From: Eledone cirrhosa
Taxonomy: Eukaryota
Assembly (NCBI GenBank): GCA_964016885.1
Contig: OZ024762.1
Coordinates: forward strand, 22,072,001 to 22,136,000
Direction: 5' to 3'
Length of the DNA: 64,000 nucleotides
This document shows positions 25,200 through 38,876 of the stretch, one piece after another. Positions within the stretch are counted from its first letter, which is position 1. Every line of letters begins with the position of its first letter. Under the pieces are notes generated by a model that did not search any database, had not been told where the DNA came from, and worked only from the letters and a program-made list of their open reading frames with translations. The position numbers were made by a program, and so were the translations under genes.

Positions 25200-26237
25200 T
25201 TGTTGTTGTTGTTGTTAGTGTAGCTTTAGGTGTCTGGTGATTTTATGTAGTTGTTGTTAGTGTAGCTGTTGTTGTTGTTATAGTTGTTGTTAGTGTAGCT
25301 GTTGTTGTTAGTGTGGTTGCTGTTGTTAGTATAGTTGGTGTTGTTAGTGTAGTTGTTGTTGCTAGTATAGTTGTTGTTGTTAGTATCTTTGCTGTTGTTG
25401 TTAGTGTAGTTGTTGTTGCTAGTATAGTTGTTGTTGTTAGTATCTTTGCTGTTGTTGTTAGTGTAGTTGTTGTTGCTAGTATAGTTGTTGTTGTTAGTAT
25501 CTTTGCTGTTGTTGTTAGTGTAGTTGTTGTTGCTAGTATAGTTGTTGTTGTTAGTATCTTTGCTGTTGTTGTTAGTGTAGTTGTTGTTGTTAGTATCTTT
25601 GCTGTTGTTGTTAGTGTAGTTGTTGTTGCTAGTATAGTTGTTGTTGTTAGTATCTTTGCTGTTGTTGTTAGTGTAGTTGTTGTTGCTAGTATAGTTGTTG
25701 TTGTTAGTATCTTTGCTGTTGTTGGTGTAGTTGTTGTTGTTAGTATAGTTGTTTTTGTTAGTGTAGTTGTTGTTGTTAGTATCTTTGCTGTTGTTGGTGT
25801 AGTTGTTGTTGTTAGTATAGTTGTTTTTGTTAGTGTAGTTGTTGTTGTTAGTATCTTTGCTGTTGTTAGTGTAGTTGTTGTTGTTAGTATAGTTGTTTTT
25901 GTTAGTGTAGTTGTTGTTGTTAGTATCTTTGCTGTTGTTGGTGTAGTTGTTGTTGTTAGTATAGTTGTTTTTGTTAGTGTAGTTGTTGTTGTTAGTATCT
26001 TTGCTGTTGTTAGTGTAGTTGTTGTTGTTAGTATAGTTGTTTTTGTTAGTGTAGTTGTTGTTGTTAGTATCTTTGCTGTTGTTAGTGTAGTTGTTGTTGT
26101 TAGTATAGTTGTTTTTGTTAGTGTAGTTGTTGTTGTTAGTATCTTTGCTGTTGTTAGTGTAGTTGTTGTTGTTAGTATCTTTGCTGTTGTTAGTGTAGTT
26201 GTTGTTGTTAGTATCTTTGCTGTTGTTAGTGTAGTTG
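25200..26237. repeat. (GTT)-derived 18-21-bp minisatellite
   Basis: ttagtgtagttgttgttg / ttagtatctttgctgttg alternating. Confidence 0.9.
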
Positions 26238-26893
26238 CGGCGCTTCCATGTCCTACGTCTCCAAGAGACCAGTGTCAGTCCTTACGGCATCAACATATGT
26301 TAACCTCGGTCTTCCTCTTCCAGTGTGTCCATGTGTGTGTGTGTGTGTGTGTGTGTAAAAGGTAAACAGAAATAACAACACAATCGGTACAGTATATATC
26401 TCAGTGTAGTTGACGGACGAGGGGAATCGAGTACTCAATACCGAAGTAGAGATTAAATATTCATTTTTATAAGTCTGATCTGTATGTCTGTGTATTATGT
26501 TTGTGTGTGTGTAAACATGTATTGTGTTTGTGTGTGTATTATGTTTGTGTGCGTATAAATGTGTATTATGTTTGTGTATGTATATGTGTATTGTGTTTGT
26601 GTGTGTATAAATATGTATTTTGTTTGTGTGTGTATATATATGTAATATGTTTGTGTGTATATATGTATTATGTTTGTGTGTGTATATGTATGTGTATTAT
26701 GTTTGTGTGTGTATAAATATGTATTATGTTTGTGTGTGTGTATATATGTGTATTATGTTTGTGTGTGTATAAATATGTATTTTGTTTGTGTGTGTATAAA
26801 TATGTATTATGTCTATGTGTGTGTAAATGGGTATTATGTTTGTGTGTGTATGTGTATGTGTTTATGTGTGTATATGTATGTATTACGTTTGTG

Positions 26894-26948
<55 letters not shown>

Positions 26949-27409
26949 ATTATGTTTGTGAGTGTATATTTATGTATTATGTTTGTGTGTATATATATAT
27001 ATGTATTATGTTTGTATATATATATATATATATATATGTGTGTATTATGTTTGTGTGTGTATATATGTATACGTATGTATACAGATACAGAAACAGGGAG
27101 GATTCTGAGAAATATTTGTTAATTAATATGGCCCAAGTGCCTGTTAATTAATATGACAAACCTTGGTTTATTAATGACAAGCACCTGTTAATTGATATGA
27201 CAAGTACCTGTTAATTGATATGACAAGCACCTGTTAATGAATATGACAACAATCATTGTGGAATTGAGATTTTTAGATGAAAAAAAAAAATGTCGACAAA
27301 TTAATCAGTTTATCTGAGATTGAACATTCGAAGTTATCTCATATGACCACAGCAAATGACATCAGTAGCAAGTGGTGCACGTAATTTAATGATCAAGGGC
27401 CGAGTGTTA

Positions 27410-27700
27410 AGGTGACTTAGCTAAGTGGTTACGGTGTTGGGCTCAGAATTAACCGTAAGGTCATGTGTTCGATACCCAGCGGTGTGTTGTGTTCTTGAGC
27501 GGGACATTTTATTTCATGTGGCTCCAGTCTGGCCAAAAATAAAGATATATATATATATATATATAATAATATTTGTACCTATAATTTAAAAAAAGGCAAG
27601 CCTTCTCACATATTTTGTCACACCGAATCTCCCTGAGAACTACGTTAAGAGGTGCAAGTGTTTGTGGAATGATCTTATACTTGCACTATTCCGTTGTTTC
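27410..27700 (+). mobile_element. tRNA-derived SINE (same family as 853-1170)
   Basis: tagctaagtggtta, gttcgatacc B box, gttgtgttcttgagcgggacattttatttca. Confidence 0.65.
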
Positions 27701-27717
27701 AACAACTGTAGTTAAAT

Positions 27718-28036
27718 AATTGTTTCTACTTTAGGCACAAGGCCAGCAAATACCCAGTGCATTACTGGTACTTTATTTTATCGACCCCCGGAAGGATGAA
27801 AGGCAAAGTCAACCTCGGCGGGATTTGAACTCAGATCGTAAAGGGACGTAACTATGCTGGAAAGCATGGCGTCCGACCCTCTACCGATACTGCCAATCCA
27901 CCGCCAACTGTAGTTAAATGATCATCGTCGAAAAGACGGAGATCCAAGCTACATACTCAAGGGTTGACTGAAACTTGTGTGCTCCCACGTCCTGCTAGAT
28001 ACAGCAACCAAATCTCACTCAAACATGATCTTATAT

Positions 28037-28080
<44 letters not shown>

Positions 28081-28212
28081 GTTTCTACTTTAGGCACAAG
28101 GCCAGCAATTACCCAGTGCATTACTGGTACTTTATTTTATCGACCCCGTAAGGATGAAAGGCAAAGTCAACCTCGGCGGGATTTGAACTCAGATCGTAAA
28201 GGGACGTAACTA
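27718..28212 (-). mobile_element. Two Nin-domain SINE copies (27718-27906, 28077-28212)
   Basis: Near-identical aattgtttctactttaggcacaaggccagcaa...gatttgaactcagatcgtaaagggacg. Confidence 0.75.
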
Positions 28213-28259
28213 TATATATAATATAAGATCAAAAGATGGTTAAAAGAGTTCCAAGTTCC

Positions 28260-28294
<35 letters not shown>

Positions 28295-28295
<1 letters not shown>

Positions 28296-28440
28296 AAGGA
28301 AGTGTGGTAAGGAACCAGGTGGACCATAACGCACCAGAGTACTCAATACTTAGGGTAGTAGAGTGGGTAATAGGAGAAGAGTCAGATCTAGTTGTCGAAA
28401 CGGCCGAAGCTCAGCCGTCGGGGTCCTGCCTATTTTCCTA
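28295..28440 (-). mobile_element. Family C diverged copy with inverted terminal segment
   Basis: Reverse-complement family tail followed by gtcgaaacggccgaagctcagccgtcggggtc. Confidence 0.6.
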
Positions 28441-28747
28441 TCTATCTATCTATATATATATATATATATGATATATATATATATATTATATATATTATAT
28501 ATATATATATTATATATATTATATATATATATATTATATATATATATATATTATATATATTATATATATATATATTATATATATTATATATATATATATT
28601 ATATATATATATATTATATATATATATATTATATATATATATTATATATATTATATATATATTATATATATATATATATACACACACACAGATACCTGTC
28701 TGTCTGTACGTATTGGATACAACCTTATAGTTACTTCTTACTTGTGT

Positions 28748-28815
<68 letters not shown>

Positions 28816-28869
28816 CATAAATATATATGTATATCAATATATGCATATATCTATCTATCTATATATCTA

Positions 28870-28913
<44 letters not shown>

Positions 28914-28940
28914 TATATATATATATATATATATATATTC

Positions 28941-28974
<34 letters not shown>

Positions 28975-29027
28975 ATATTCATATATATATATATCAATAT
29001 ATATATGTATATCAATATATATATATT

Positions 29028-29060
<33 letters not shown>

Positions 29061-29091
29061 ATGTGTTGTATATGTATATGTGTGTGGGAGG

Positions 29092-29135
<44 letters not shown>

Positions 29136-29574
29136 CCTTGTAACATGGAGAAATGCATGTCTACAGTTATAGAGTGTTGATGGAATAAAGACAACAACAG
29201 GAACACGTGGCGCAGTGTATAGTCGCCGCCGACCAATCGCCCAATTACGTGACAGCAGTTAAACGGTTTACATGTTTATATGTCTTGTAAACTACTTAAT
29301 TTGACACCGTCTTGTAATATGTGTTCCAGCCTACCACGTGTGTGGTGCTGTGGAGGGGACAACTTTGGAAGGTGGTGCGGGGGGTCATGTGGATCGGTGG
29401 CGGCGGTGGTGGTGGTGGTGGTTTGAGAGTGGGTCGTATGCTTTCTGTGTCTGTCTGTACCCCCTTTGTGAGTTCTGTTGTAGCTGTCTACCGGTGTAAG
29501 TCCTTTAAGATAGGTGACACCCAACCCCCCTGACTCACATCTTCATCAAGACCCCTCACGACGCACCCGCACCA

Positions 29575-29850
29575 CTTCTGAGATACAGACTCAGCCCTTC
29601 CCCATCTTCACCAGATCCCTTCCGACACATCTACAGACCTACAGACTCAGCCCTTCCTATCTTCACCAGATCCCTTCCGACACGTCTACAGACCTACAGA
29701 CTCAGCCCTTCCTATCTTCACCAGATCCCTTCCGACACGTCTACAGACCTACAGACTCACCCCTTCCTATCTTCACCAGATCCCTTCCGACACGTCTACA
29801 GACCTACAGACTCACCCCTTCCTATCTACAGACCTACAGACTCAGCCCTT
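29575..29850. repeat. 55-bp minisatellite
   Basis: cagacct at 29634 and 29689; unit contains atcttcaccagat. Confidence 0.85.
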
Positions 29851-30049
29851 CCCACAGACCGACAAATTCACACCACCCCATCAAGACAAGACCTCCCCCC
29901 CCTCACGGCAAACCCACAGACCTACAGACTCCGCCCTCCCCCATCTTCACCAGATGCCCCGTCACGCACACCCGCAAGCCTACACACTACACGCCATCTT
30001 CACCAGATACCCCACACACAATCTTCACCTTCTAACACACCCCCGGGTG

Positions 30050-31380
30050 TACAGACACCCCGCCATCTTCACCAGATACCCACTAATTCACCCACAGACC
30101 AACAGACACCCCGCCATCTCCACCAGATACCCACTAACACACCCACAGACCAACAGACACCCCGTCATCTCCACCAGATACCCACTAACACACCCACAGA
30201 CCACAGACACCCCGCCATCTCCACCAGATACCCACTAACACACCCACAGACCAACAGACACCCCGTCATCTCCACCAGATACCCACTAACACACCCACAG
30301 ACCACAGACACCCCGCCATCTCCACCAGATACCCACTAACACACCCACAGACCAACAGACACCCGCCATCTCCACCAGATACCCACTAACACACCCACAG
30401 ACCAACAAACACCCCGCCATCTCCACCAGATACCCACTAACACACCCACAGACCAACAAACACCCCGCCATCTCCACCAGATACCCACTAACACACCCAC
30501 AGACCAACAGACACCCCGCCATCTCCACCAGATACCCACTAACACACGCACAGACCAACAGACACCCCGCCATCTCCACCAGATACCCACTAACACACCC
30601 ACAGACCAACAAACACCCCGTCATCTCCACCAGATACCCACTAATTCACCCACAGACCACAGACACCCCGCCATCTTCACCAGATACCCACTAACACACC
30701 CACAGACCAACAGACACCCCGCCATCTCCACCAGATACCCACTAATTCACCCACAGACCAACAGACACCCCGCCATCTCCACCAGATACCCACTAATTCA
30801 CCCACAGACCAACAGACACCCCGCCATCTCCACCAGATACCCACTAACACACCCACAGACCAACAGACACCCCGCCATCTTCACCAGATACCCACTAACA
30901 CACCCACAGACCACAGACACCCCGCCATCTTCACCAGATACCCACTAACACACCCACAGACCAACAGCCACCCCGCCATCTTCACCAGATACCCACTAAC
31001 ACACCCACAGACACCCCGCCATCTTCACCAGATACCCACTAACACACCCACAGACCAACAGACACCCAGCCATCTTCACCAGATACCCACTAACACACCC
31101 ACAGACCACAGACACCCCGCCATCTTCACCAGATACCCACTAACACACCCACAGACCAACAGACACCCCGCCATCTTCACCAGATACCCACTAACACACC
31201 CACAGACCACAGACACCCCGCCATCTTCACCAGATACCCACTAACACACCCACAGACCAACAGACACCCCGCCATCTTCACCAGATACCCACTAACACAC
31301 CCACAGACCACAGACACCCCGCCATCTTCACCAGATACCCACTAACACACCCACAGACCAACAGACACCCCGCCATCTTG
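30050..31380. repeat. 50-51-bp minisatellite (~26 copies)
   Basis: cacccacagaccaacagacaccccgccatct(c/t)caccagatacccactaaca. Confidence 0.95.
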
Positions 31381-32650
31381 CGCCTGCAAAAATGAAATTG
31401 TAATAAAGAATTTCCTATAATCTGGTTATTGCGCGTGGAGTTTGTAGTGTGTGTGGGGGAGGGTGTATATGTGGTGTGTGTGTGTGTGTGTGTGTGTGTG
31501 TGATGTGTGGTGTGTGTGTATATGTGGTGTGTGTGGTGTGTGTGTGATGTGTGGTGTGTATATGTGGTGTGTGTGTATGTGTGTGATGTGTGGTGTGTGT
31601 GTGTGGTCTCTGTGTTGTGCGTAGTGTGGTGTGTGTGATGTGTGGTGTGTGTGGTGTGTGGGGGGTTATATATGGTGTGTGTATGTGTGTGTGATGTGTG
31701 GTGTGTGCGTGTGTGTGGTGTATGTGTTGTGTGTAGTGTGTGTGGTGTGTATGTGTTGTGTGTGTGGTGTATGTGTTGTGTGTGTGGTGTGTATGTGTGG
31801 TGTGTATGTGTCTGGTGTGTGGTGTGTGTGTGTGGTGTGTGTGTGTGTTGTGTATGTGTTGTGCGTAGTGTGTGTGGTGTGTATGTGTTGTGTGTAGTGT
31901 GTGGTGTGTATGTGTGTGTGTGTGTGTATCTAGTGTACGAGTGTGTGTGTATATCTGTGTGTGGTGTATGTGAATGTGTGTGCCTGTGTGTGTATATGTG
32001 TCTGTGTGTGTGTATGTGTGTGCGTGTGCATGCATGTATATGTGTGTATGTGTGTTTATATGTGAATGTGTGCGTGTACGTGTGTGCGTGTGCGTGTATG
32101 TGACTGTGCATGCATGATGTGTGTATGTGAGTGTGCCCGCATGTGTGTGTATGTGTGTTTATATGTGTGTGTGTGCGTGTGTGTGTGTGTGTGTGTGTAT
32201 GTACGTGGGGGGGGGGTATGGGCTGGACATGTTTCTTGTCAATTATAATTAGTCAATAATGGAGTCCAATTGAGAAGATGGCGACAGTTGTTGACAAACA
32301 GATATGGACATGATACTGTGATGTGATACTGTTGTTGTTGTTGTTGTTGTTGTTGTTGCCGTTGTTGGTTGTTGTGGGTGGTGGTGGTAGTGGTGGGTGG
32401 TGGTGTTGGTGGTGGGTGGATGGTGGTTGTGGGTGGTAGTGTTGTTTGTCGGTGGTAGGTGGTGGTGGTGGTGGTGGGTGGTGGTGGTATGGGGGTGGTG
32501 GTGGTGGTGGTGGTGGTGGTGGTGTTGGTTGTGGGTGGTGGTGGTGTTGGTGTTGGTGGTGGGCTAAAACAAGACCGATATGTCGAAATTTCTTTCCACT
32601 TTTCCATATAAAGTGTGAAACTAATAATACCTCTGTTTGTTGTCTCCTTG

Positions 32651-32896
<246 letters not shown>

Positions 32897-32921
32897 ATTT
32901 ATATATATATATATTTATATT

Positions 32922-32954
<33 letters not shown>

Positions 32955-33015
32955 ATTTATATATATATATATTTATATATATATATATTTATATTTATAT
33001 ATATACATATATATT

Positions 33016-33053
<38 letters not shown>

Positions 33054-33061
33054 TATATATA

Positions 33062-33251
33062 ATGTAGGAGGTGAGTTTTATTGTAGTACAATAAAGCAAT
33101 GCAGATATTGGATAAGAAGCACTCTACAGTTTGTAGGACTGGAGTATACATAATATAAGATCAAAAGATGGTTAAAGGAGTTCCATGTATTTTATTATGC
33201 GCATAATAAAATACATGGAACTCCTTTAACCATCTTTTGATCTTATATTAT
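33062..33251 (-). mobile_element. Family B element folded back exactly at the helix III palindrome
   Basis: ...tattttattatgc|gcataataaaata... is a perfect palindrome centred at 33200/33201. Confidence 0.75.
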
Positions 33252-33266
33252 TTATATATATATATT

Positions 33267-33297
<31 letters not shown>

Positions 33298-33300
33298 ATT

Positions 33301-33359
<59 letters not shown>

Positions 33360-33451
33360 ATATATATTTATATTTATATTTATATATATATATATATATA
33401 TATATAGTACAACTTTTTCATTCGAAAGAAATAATCAGGAAAACTATATTT

Positions 33452-33708
33452 TATTCAATTGAATCCAGGGCCTTTTCACTTTTAACCGAGGAATCCCTGC
33501 CTGGTTGACCTCCACTGTTTTCTTTGGTTTTAGTCATGTCAGGAGTGTAGCCGTACCCACCACGCTTCGCCAATTGTGGGTTGGTGAGGCTATTTAACCC
33601 ATAGCTGGGAAACCTCATTTTTACACCTGAGTGAACAGGATCAACGTAAAATAAAGTGTTTTGCTCAAGAACACAACGCAAATACGGTCCGAGTATCGAA
33701 CTCACAAC
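33452..33708 (-). mobile_element. tRNA-derived SINE lying between the arms of a family D fold-back
   Basis: aaataaagtgttttgctcaagaacacaac...atcgaactcacaacc (reverse-complement core and B box). Confidence 0.65.
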
Positions 33709-33710
33709 CT

Positions 33711-33843
33711 GCTTCCCGATGATTTCTCACGAATGAAACAGTTCTCGTCCTGTAGAAGCTCTTCTATATTAAAACTTTTATACTCTGCTATGTATTGAGT
33801 ACCTTACTTACTATGGTTACCTCCATCTCAACCCGGAATAACT
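33711..33843 (+). mobile_element. Family D copy (HHR with U4C change); left inverted arm at ~33405-33445 separated by a SINE
   Basis: gcttc-CCGATGA-tttc tcac gaat-GAAA-cag..ctg-TA^gaagc with a perfect 5-bp helix I. Confidence 0.65.
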
Positions 33844-33909
33844 TATATATATATATATTGAATTTCCAGCCGATAAGGTATGATTTCCATGGGTACGTCT
33901 CTATTTATA

Positions 33910-34125
33910 AAACAAACTTTGTATTTTATCTGATGAAAACGTACTAATGTTGTCTTGGTTACCCTTGAAATATATATAATAAAATAAATATGGTTTTATA
34001 ATTATAGTTTCCATTTATTTAATATCATTGAATATTTACTCTAGTAAACTGCTGAGTGCTCTAAATCAGTTATAAACATTTATGTTTGTCGGACTTCCAA
34101 CAAATTAAATACAACTTCTACTTAT
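33910..34125 (+). mobile_element. HHR-bearing family E; HHR at 33922-33986
   Basis: tattttat-CTGATGA(33930)-degenerate helix II-GAAA-tatata-TA^ataaaata. Tail is homologous to 36270-36345 and the reverse complement of 36590-36720. Confidence 0.65.
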
Positions 34126-34229
34126 ATATATATATAGGAACGATCGACTTTCGTCAAATCGGACCGAAGGAACAATGTTTCCGTTGGTCTTTCCAATTGA
34201 TAATACTATCTATCGGTCGCAACTCCAGG

Positions 34230-34352
34230 TAGAAGGAGCAACGTGAAATAAAGTGTCTTGCTCAAGGACATAACGCATCGCCTGGTCCAGGAATCGAACT
34301 CACAACCTTAGGATTGCGAATCCAATTCTCTAACCACTCAGCCACACGCCTT

Positions 34353-34355
<3 letters not shown>
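34230..34355 (-). mobile_element. tRNA-derived SINE head and core
   Basis: gaaataaagtgtcttgctcaaggacataac..ggaatcgaact..taaccactcagccacacgcc. Confidence 0.7.
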
Positions 34356-34406
<51 letters not shown>

Positions 34407-35604
34407 ATAAATAGAATAATGCATTTGAGTGCTACTTGTGCAAGTGAAATGGTGATATTTGTGTTGTTGGTAGTGATGATTGTGGTGGTGATGGTGGTGT
34501 TCGTAGTGGTGGTGGTGGTGGTGGCAGTCCAGAGTGATAGTAAGTACACAGAGCACTTGCGTGTTAGCTATCACGGAGAGCAAAGCACAGCGAGTTGGGT
34601 GGGTGGATGTATGTATGGATGGATGGAGAGATGTATGTATGGATGGTAGGGTGGGATGAATGGATGGATGGATGGTGGACCAGCTAGCTGGCTGGCTGGG
34701 TAGTTGGATGGTTGGATGCGTGTTTTACATTTCATCCAGCCACGCCGTATCCTTTGTATATATTCCATAGAAACAAGGAAAAACCAAAAATTATTTGATC
34801 TCTGGAGAGATTGCTTAACACATAGGAATGTATCGCGTGAGGAGGCTGTTAGGTGCCACCATAGATTGACAGGGACCGACGAGAGAGCGTGAGAAGGGTT
34901 TCATTCGACCGTTAGTTTTTTTATGTATTTTTTATCTATCTTATTACTATTATTATTACTATTATTATTATTATTATTATTATTTTATTATTTTATTATT
35001 TTATTATTTTATTATTTTATTGTTATTTTCATTATATTATTTACATATTATTTTTGTTATTGTTGTTGTCATTGTGGTTGTTACTATCTTTATTTTATTT
35101 TTTGTTTTAGTTTTAGTTTATTTAATTTTTTTTTTTTTATATTTTTCATTGTTTTTTTTTTCTTTAATTTATTTCTATTCCTTTTTATTTTGGGTGGAGT
35201 GGAATGGAGTGGAGTGGAGTGGAGTGGAGTGGAGTGGAATGGAGTGGAGTGGAGTGGAGGCTGCAAAGAGTGGAGAGTGGGAGTGGAAGCTGGAAAGAGT
35301 GGGAGACGAGTGGAGGCTGTAAAAAGTGGGAGAGGGGTGGAGGCTGGAAAGAGTAGAGTAGAGGTGGAGGTTGAAGTGGGGTGGAATGGAGGCTTGAAGG
35401 AGTGGAGTGGTGGTGGAGGCTGGAATGAAAAAGAAACGGAAGATGAAAAGAAAGGGTAGAAGAAGTATGGAAGGAAAGTGAAACGATTGAAGGAAGATGT
35501 AACAAAAAACGAGGAAAGAGGGAAAAAAAGTTGGTTTGGGAGAAGATTGGAGGGAAAACTGGGAGATATTTTATATTGAGGAAGGAAGAGAGATAGGATA
35601 CTAA

Positions 35605-36085
35605 TTGGGTAGATGTGTGGGTGGGGTGGGGGTAGATATGTGGGTGGATGTGGCGGTGGGAGGGTAGATATGTGGGTGGGTGTTGTGTAGATATGTGGGT
35701 GTGTATGTGGGGGTGTGAGGGTAGATATGTGGGTGGATGTTGGGTAGATATGTGGGTGTGGATGTGGGTGTGTGAGGGTAGATATGTGGGTGTGGATGTG
35801 GGAGGGTAGATATGTGGGGTGGGGGTGGGGGTAGATATGTGGGTGGGTGTTGTGTAGATATGTGGGGGGGGGGGGGTAGATATGTGGGTGGGTGTTGTGT
35901 AGATATGTGGGTGTGGATGTGGGGGTGTGAGGGTAGATATGTTGGGGGGGGGGGGTAGATATGTGGTGGGTGTGTTGTGTAGATATGTGGGTGTGGGGAT
36001 GTGAGGGTAGATATGTGGGTGGATGTTGGGTAGATATGTAGGTGTGAGGGTAGATATGTGTGTGTGTGTGAAGGTAGATAGGTGT
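35605..36085. repeat. G-rich degenerate minisatellite
   Basis: gtagatatgtggg anchored units with G-runs. Confidence 0.8.
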
Positions 36086-36447
36086 GTGTATGTGTGTGGT
36101 TGTGTTTGTGTGTGTGTCTGTACGTGTGTGTGTACAGGTGTGTGTATGTGTGTGTGTAGGTAGATATGTGTATATGTTGTTTAAGTGTAGTTACATGTGA
36201 GCATGTGAACGCATGTGGGTGTGCATGTATCAGTCTCCCACTCTCTCTCTCTCCCACTCTCTCTATATATAACTGTTGAGTGCTTTATATCAGTTATAAC
36301 ATGTTTAAGCTTGTTGAATCCCAACAAATTAAATATAACTTCTGCATATATATATATATATATATAAGTATTGAAATTTCCGTTGGAAACAGAAAAGGTC
36401 ATAGAAATGAAGAGTGCTCTATGTAAGTATCAGAGCAAAATTTATAA

Positions 36448-36527
36448 AATTGCCTCGTCTGACGAACGAATGAAGTCGTTTATTTCGTATTCGCCTCATT
36501 CGGGAAACCTCTGGTAATGAGGTAATT
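36448..36527 (+). ncRNA. Type I hammerhead ribozyme, family G
   Basis: aattgcctcgt-CTGACGA(36459)-a cgaatga...tcattcg g-GAAA-cc tct gg-TA^atgaggtaatt; 11-bp helix I with two G-U pairs. Confidence 0.75.
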
Positions 36528-36550
36528 ATATTGTATTGATTTTTATACAT

Positions 36551-36589
<39 letters not shown>

Positions 36590-36591
<2 letters not shown>

Positions 36592-36787
36592 AGAGGTTAT
36601 ATTTAATTTGTTGGGATTCCAACAAACATAAATGTTTATATCTGATATAGAGCACTCAACAAGTTACTGGAGTAAATATTCAATATATTAATAAATGGAA
36701 ACTATATATATAAAACCACAATTATTTTATTATATATATTTCAAGGGCGACTAAGCCAATCTTGGTGCGCTTTCATCAGATAAAATA

Positions 36788-36792
<5 letters not shown>
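36590..36792 (-). mobile_element. Family E element; HHR at 36723-36787 (-)
   Basis: On -: tattttat-CTGATGA-aagcgcaccaag attgg cttagtcgccctt-GAAA-tatata-TA^ataaaata. Confidence 0.7.
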
Positions 36793-36818
<26 letters not shown>

Positions 36819-36824
<6 letters not shown>

Positions 36825-36896
36825 CGTCAAGTATGAAATTTGTACACATTTTTTATAAAAAAGAAATTTCTACAAATTTCATACTTGACGTCCCAA
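36819..36896. mobile_element. ~80-bp MITE, same family
   Basis: ttggatcgtcaagtatgaaatttgta / tacaaatttcatacttgacgtcccaa, TA flanks, different interior. Confidence 0.65.
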
Positions 36897-36900
36897 TATA

Positions 36901-36952
<52 letters not shown>

Positions 36953-37287
36953 TGTGTGTGTGTGTGCGTCTCTGTGTGTGTTATTCTATATGTATATGCA
37001 TGCATTAATATGTACCGGGGTATGAATGAATGGGACTGTACCATTGCATGAATAGTACTATGTAAGTGTGAGTGTATTTCCATGTATGTATACATACATG
37101 GAAATATATACACATATATATAGACACATGTACTCTCTCTATCTATCTTTATATATATATATATAGATATACACACATATATATTCACGGATTTATATTT
37201 GTATATATGCATATATATATATATACACACACATATGTATATATATATACACATATATATATTCAGGTCTTTATATATAGTTATATG

Positions 37288-37318
<31 letters not shown>

Positions 37319-37324
37319 TCACAC

Positions 37325-37362
<38 letters not shown>

Positions 37363-37447
37363 TCACACATGTATATATATATATATATACACACTGACAC
37401 ATGTATATATATATATAAATATATATATACACACTCACACATGTATG

Positions 37448-37478
<31 letters not shown>

Positions 37479-37484
37479 TCACAC

Positions 37485-37524
<40 letters not shown>

Positions 37525-37577
37525 TCACTCACACATGTATATGTATATATATATACATATATATATATAGATTGATA

Positions 37578-37627
<50 letters not shown>

Positions 37628-37654
37628 TATGTGTATATATATGTGTGTGTGCGA

Positions 37655-37694
<40 letters not shown>

Positions 37695-38111
37695 CTATAG
37701 TCATTTACAAAAACAGTGGCCATCATTGTTTCCAAATAAATTTGACCACTTTCAAACAACCCCATACCCCATTCCCTTAGCTCAGCATACAACACACCAC
37801 CAGACCTCACACCTCAAATACACTACACTTCACACGGCCATCTTGTTTCGTAACTGTCAAGATATCAATGCCAAATATACAGTCTTCAGCCAACGGAACA
37901 ATGATAGAAATTGCCATATGCTTGTTGTCAATCAATGTAAAAGTAATATGGACGCCGTGCTGTCCGGTGGAGGGAATTATATTGCGAGTAAGGTTTAGCC
38001 GCCATTGAGATACTAATATATATATATATATATGTGTGTATATATGTAATATATATATATGTGTGTGTGTGTATGTATGAATATGTATGTATATATACAT
38101 GTATGTATATG

Positions 38112-38164
<53 letters not shown>

Positions 38165-38485
38165 ATGTATATGTACATATATATGTACGTATATGTATAT
38201 TTATATGTATATATGTATGTATGTATATGTACATGTACGTATATGTACATATATATGTATGTATATGTACATGTATATGTATATATATATATATATGTAT
38301 ATGTACATATATATATATATGTATATGTACATATATATATGTGTATATGTACATATATATATATATATATATATATGTATATGTACATATATATATATGT
38401 ATATGTACATATATATATATATGTATATGTACATATATATATATGTATATATATAATTATATACATGTATATATATATGTATCTA

Positions 38486-38520
<35 letters not shown>

Positions 38521-38551
38521 CTATATATATGTATATGCATGTATATGTATG

Positions 38552-38607
<56 letters not shown>

Positions 38608-38833
38608 CACTCTTTGCTGAATTATTTCCTATTTACATTACAGTTTGTTTCAATACATGTTAACTTTATCATTCAATTTCATATATTACCCCCCCCCCCC
38701 TATCCTCCCACTCCTCTTACTCTCCACCTTCTCCCTTTCTCTTTCCTACCCTCTCTCATTTTGTATCTCTCCCTCTTTCTCGATTTATGTACACCTTCAT
38801 ATATTTTCATACAAGCAAAAAATCTATACTATA

Positions 38834-38876
<43 letters not shown>

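Noticed and set aside
25313-26365. 350-aa Val-rich membrane-like ORF
   Set aside because: GTT-based minisatellite.
34704-34892. Possible coding exon in a unique island
   Set aside because: No recognisable homology and no convincing splice-site pair.
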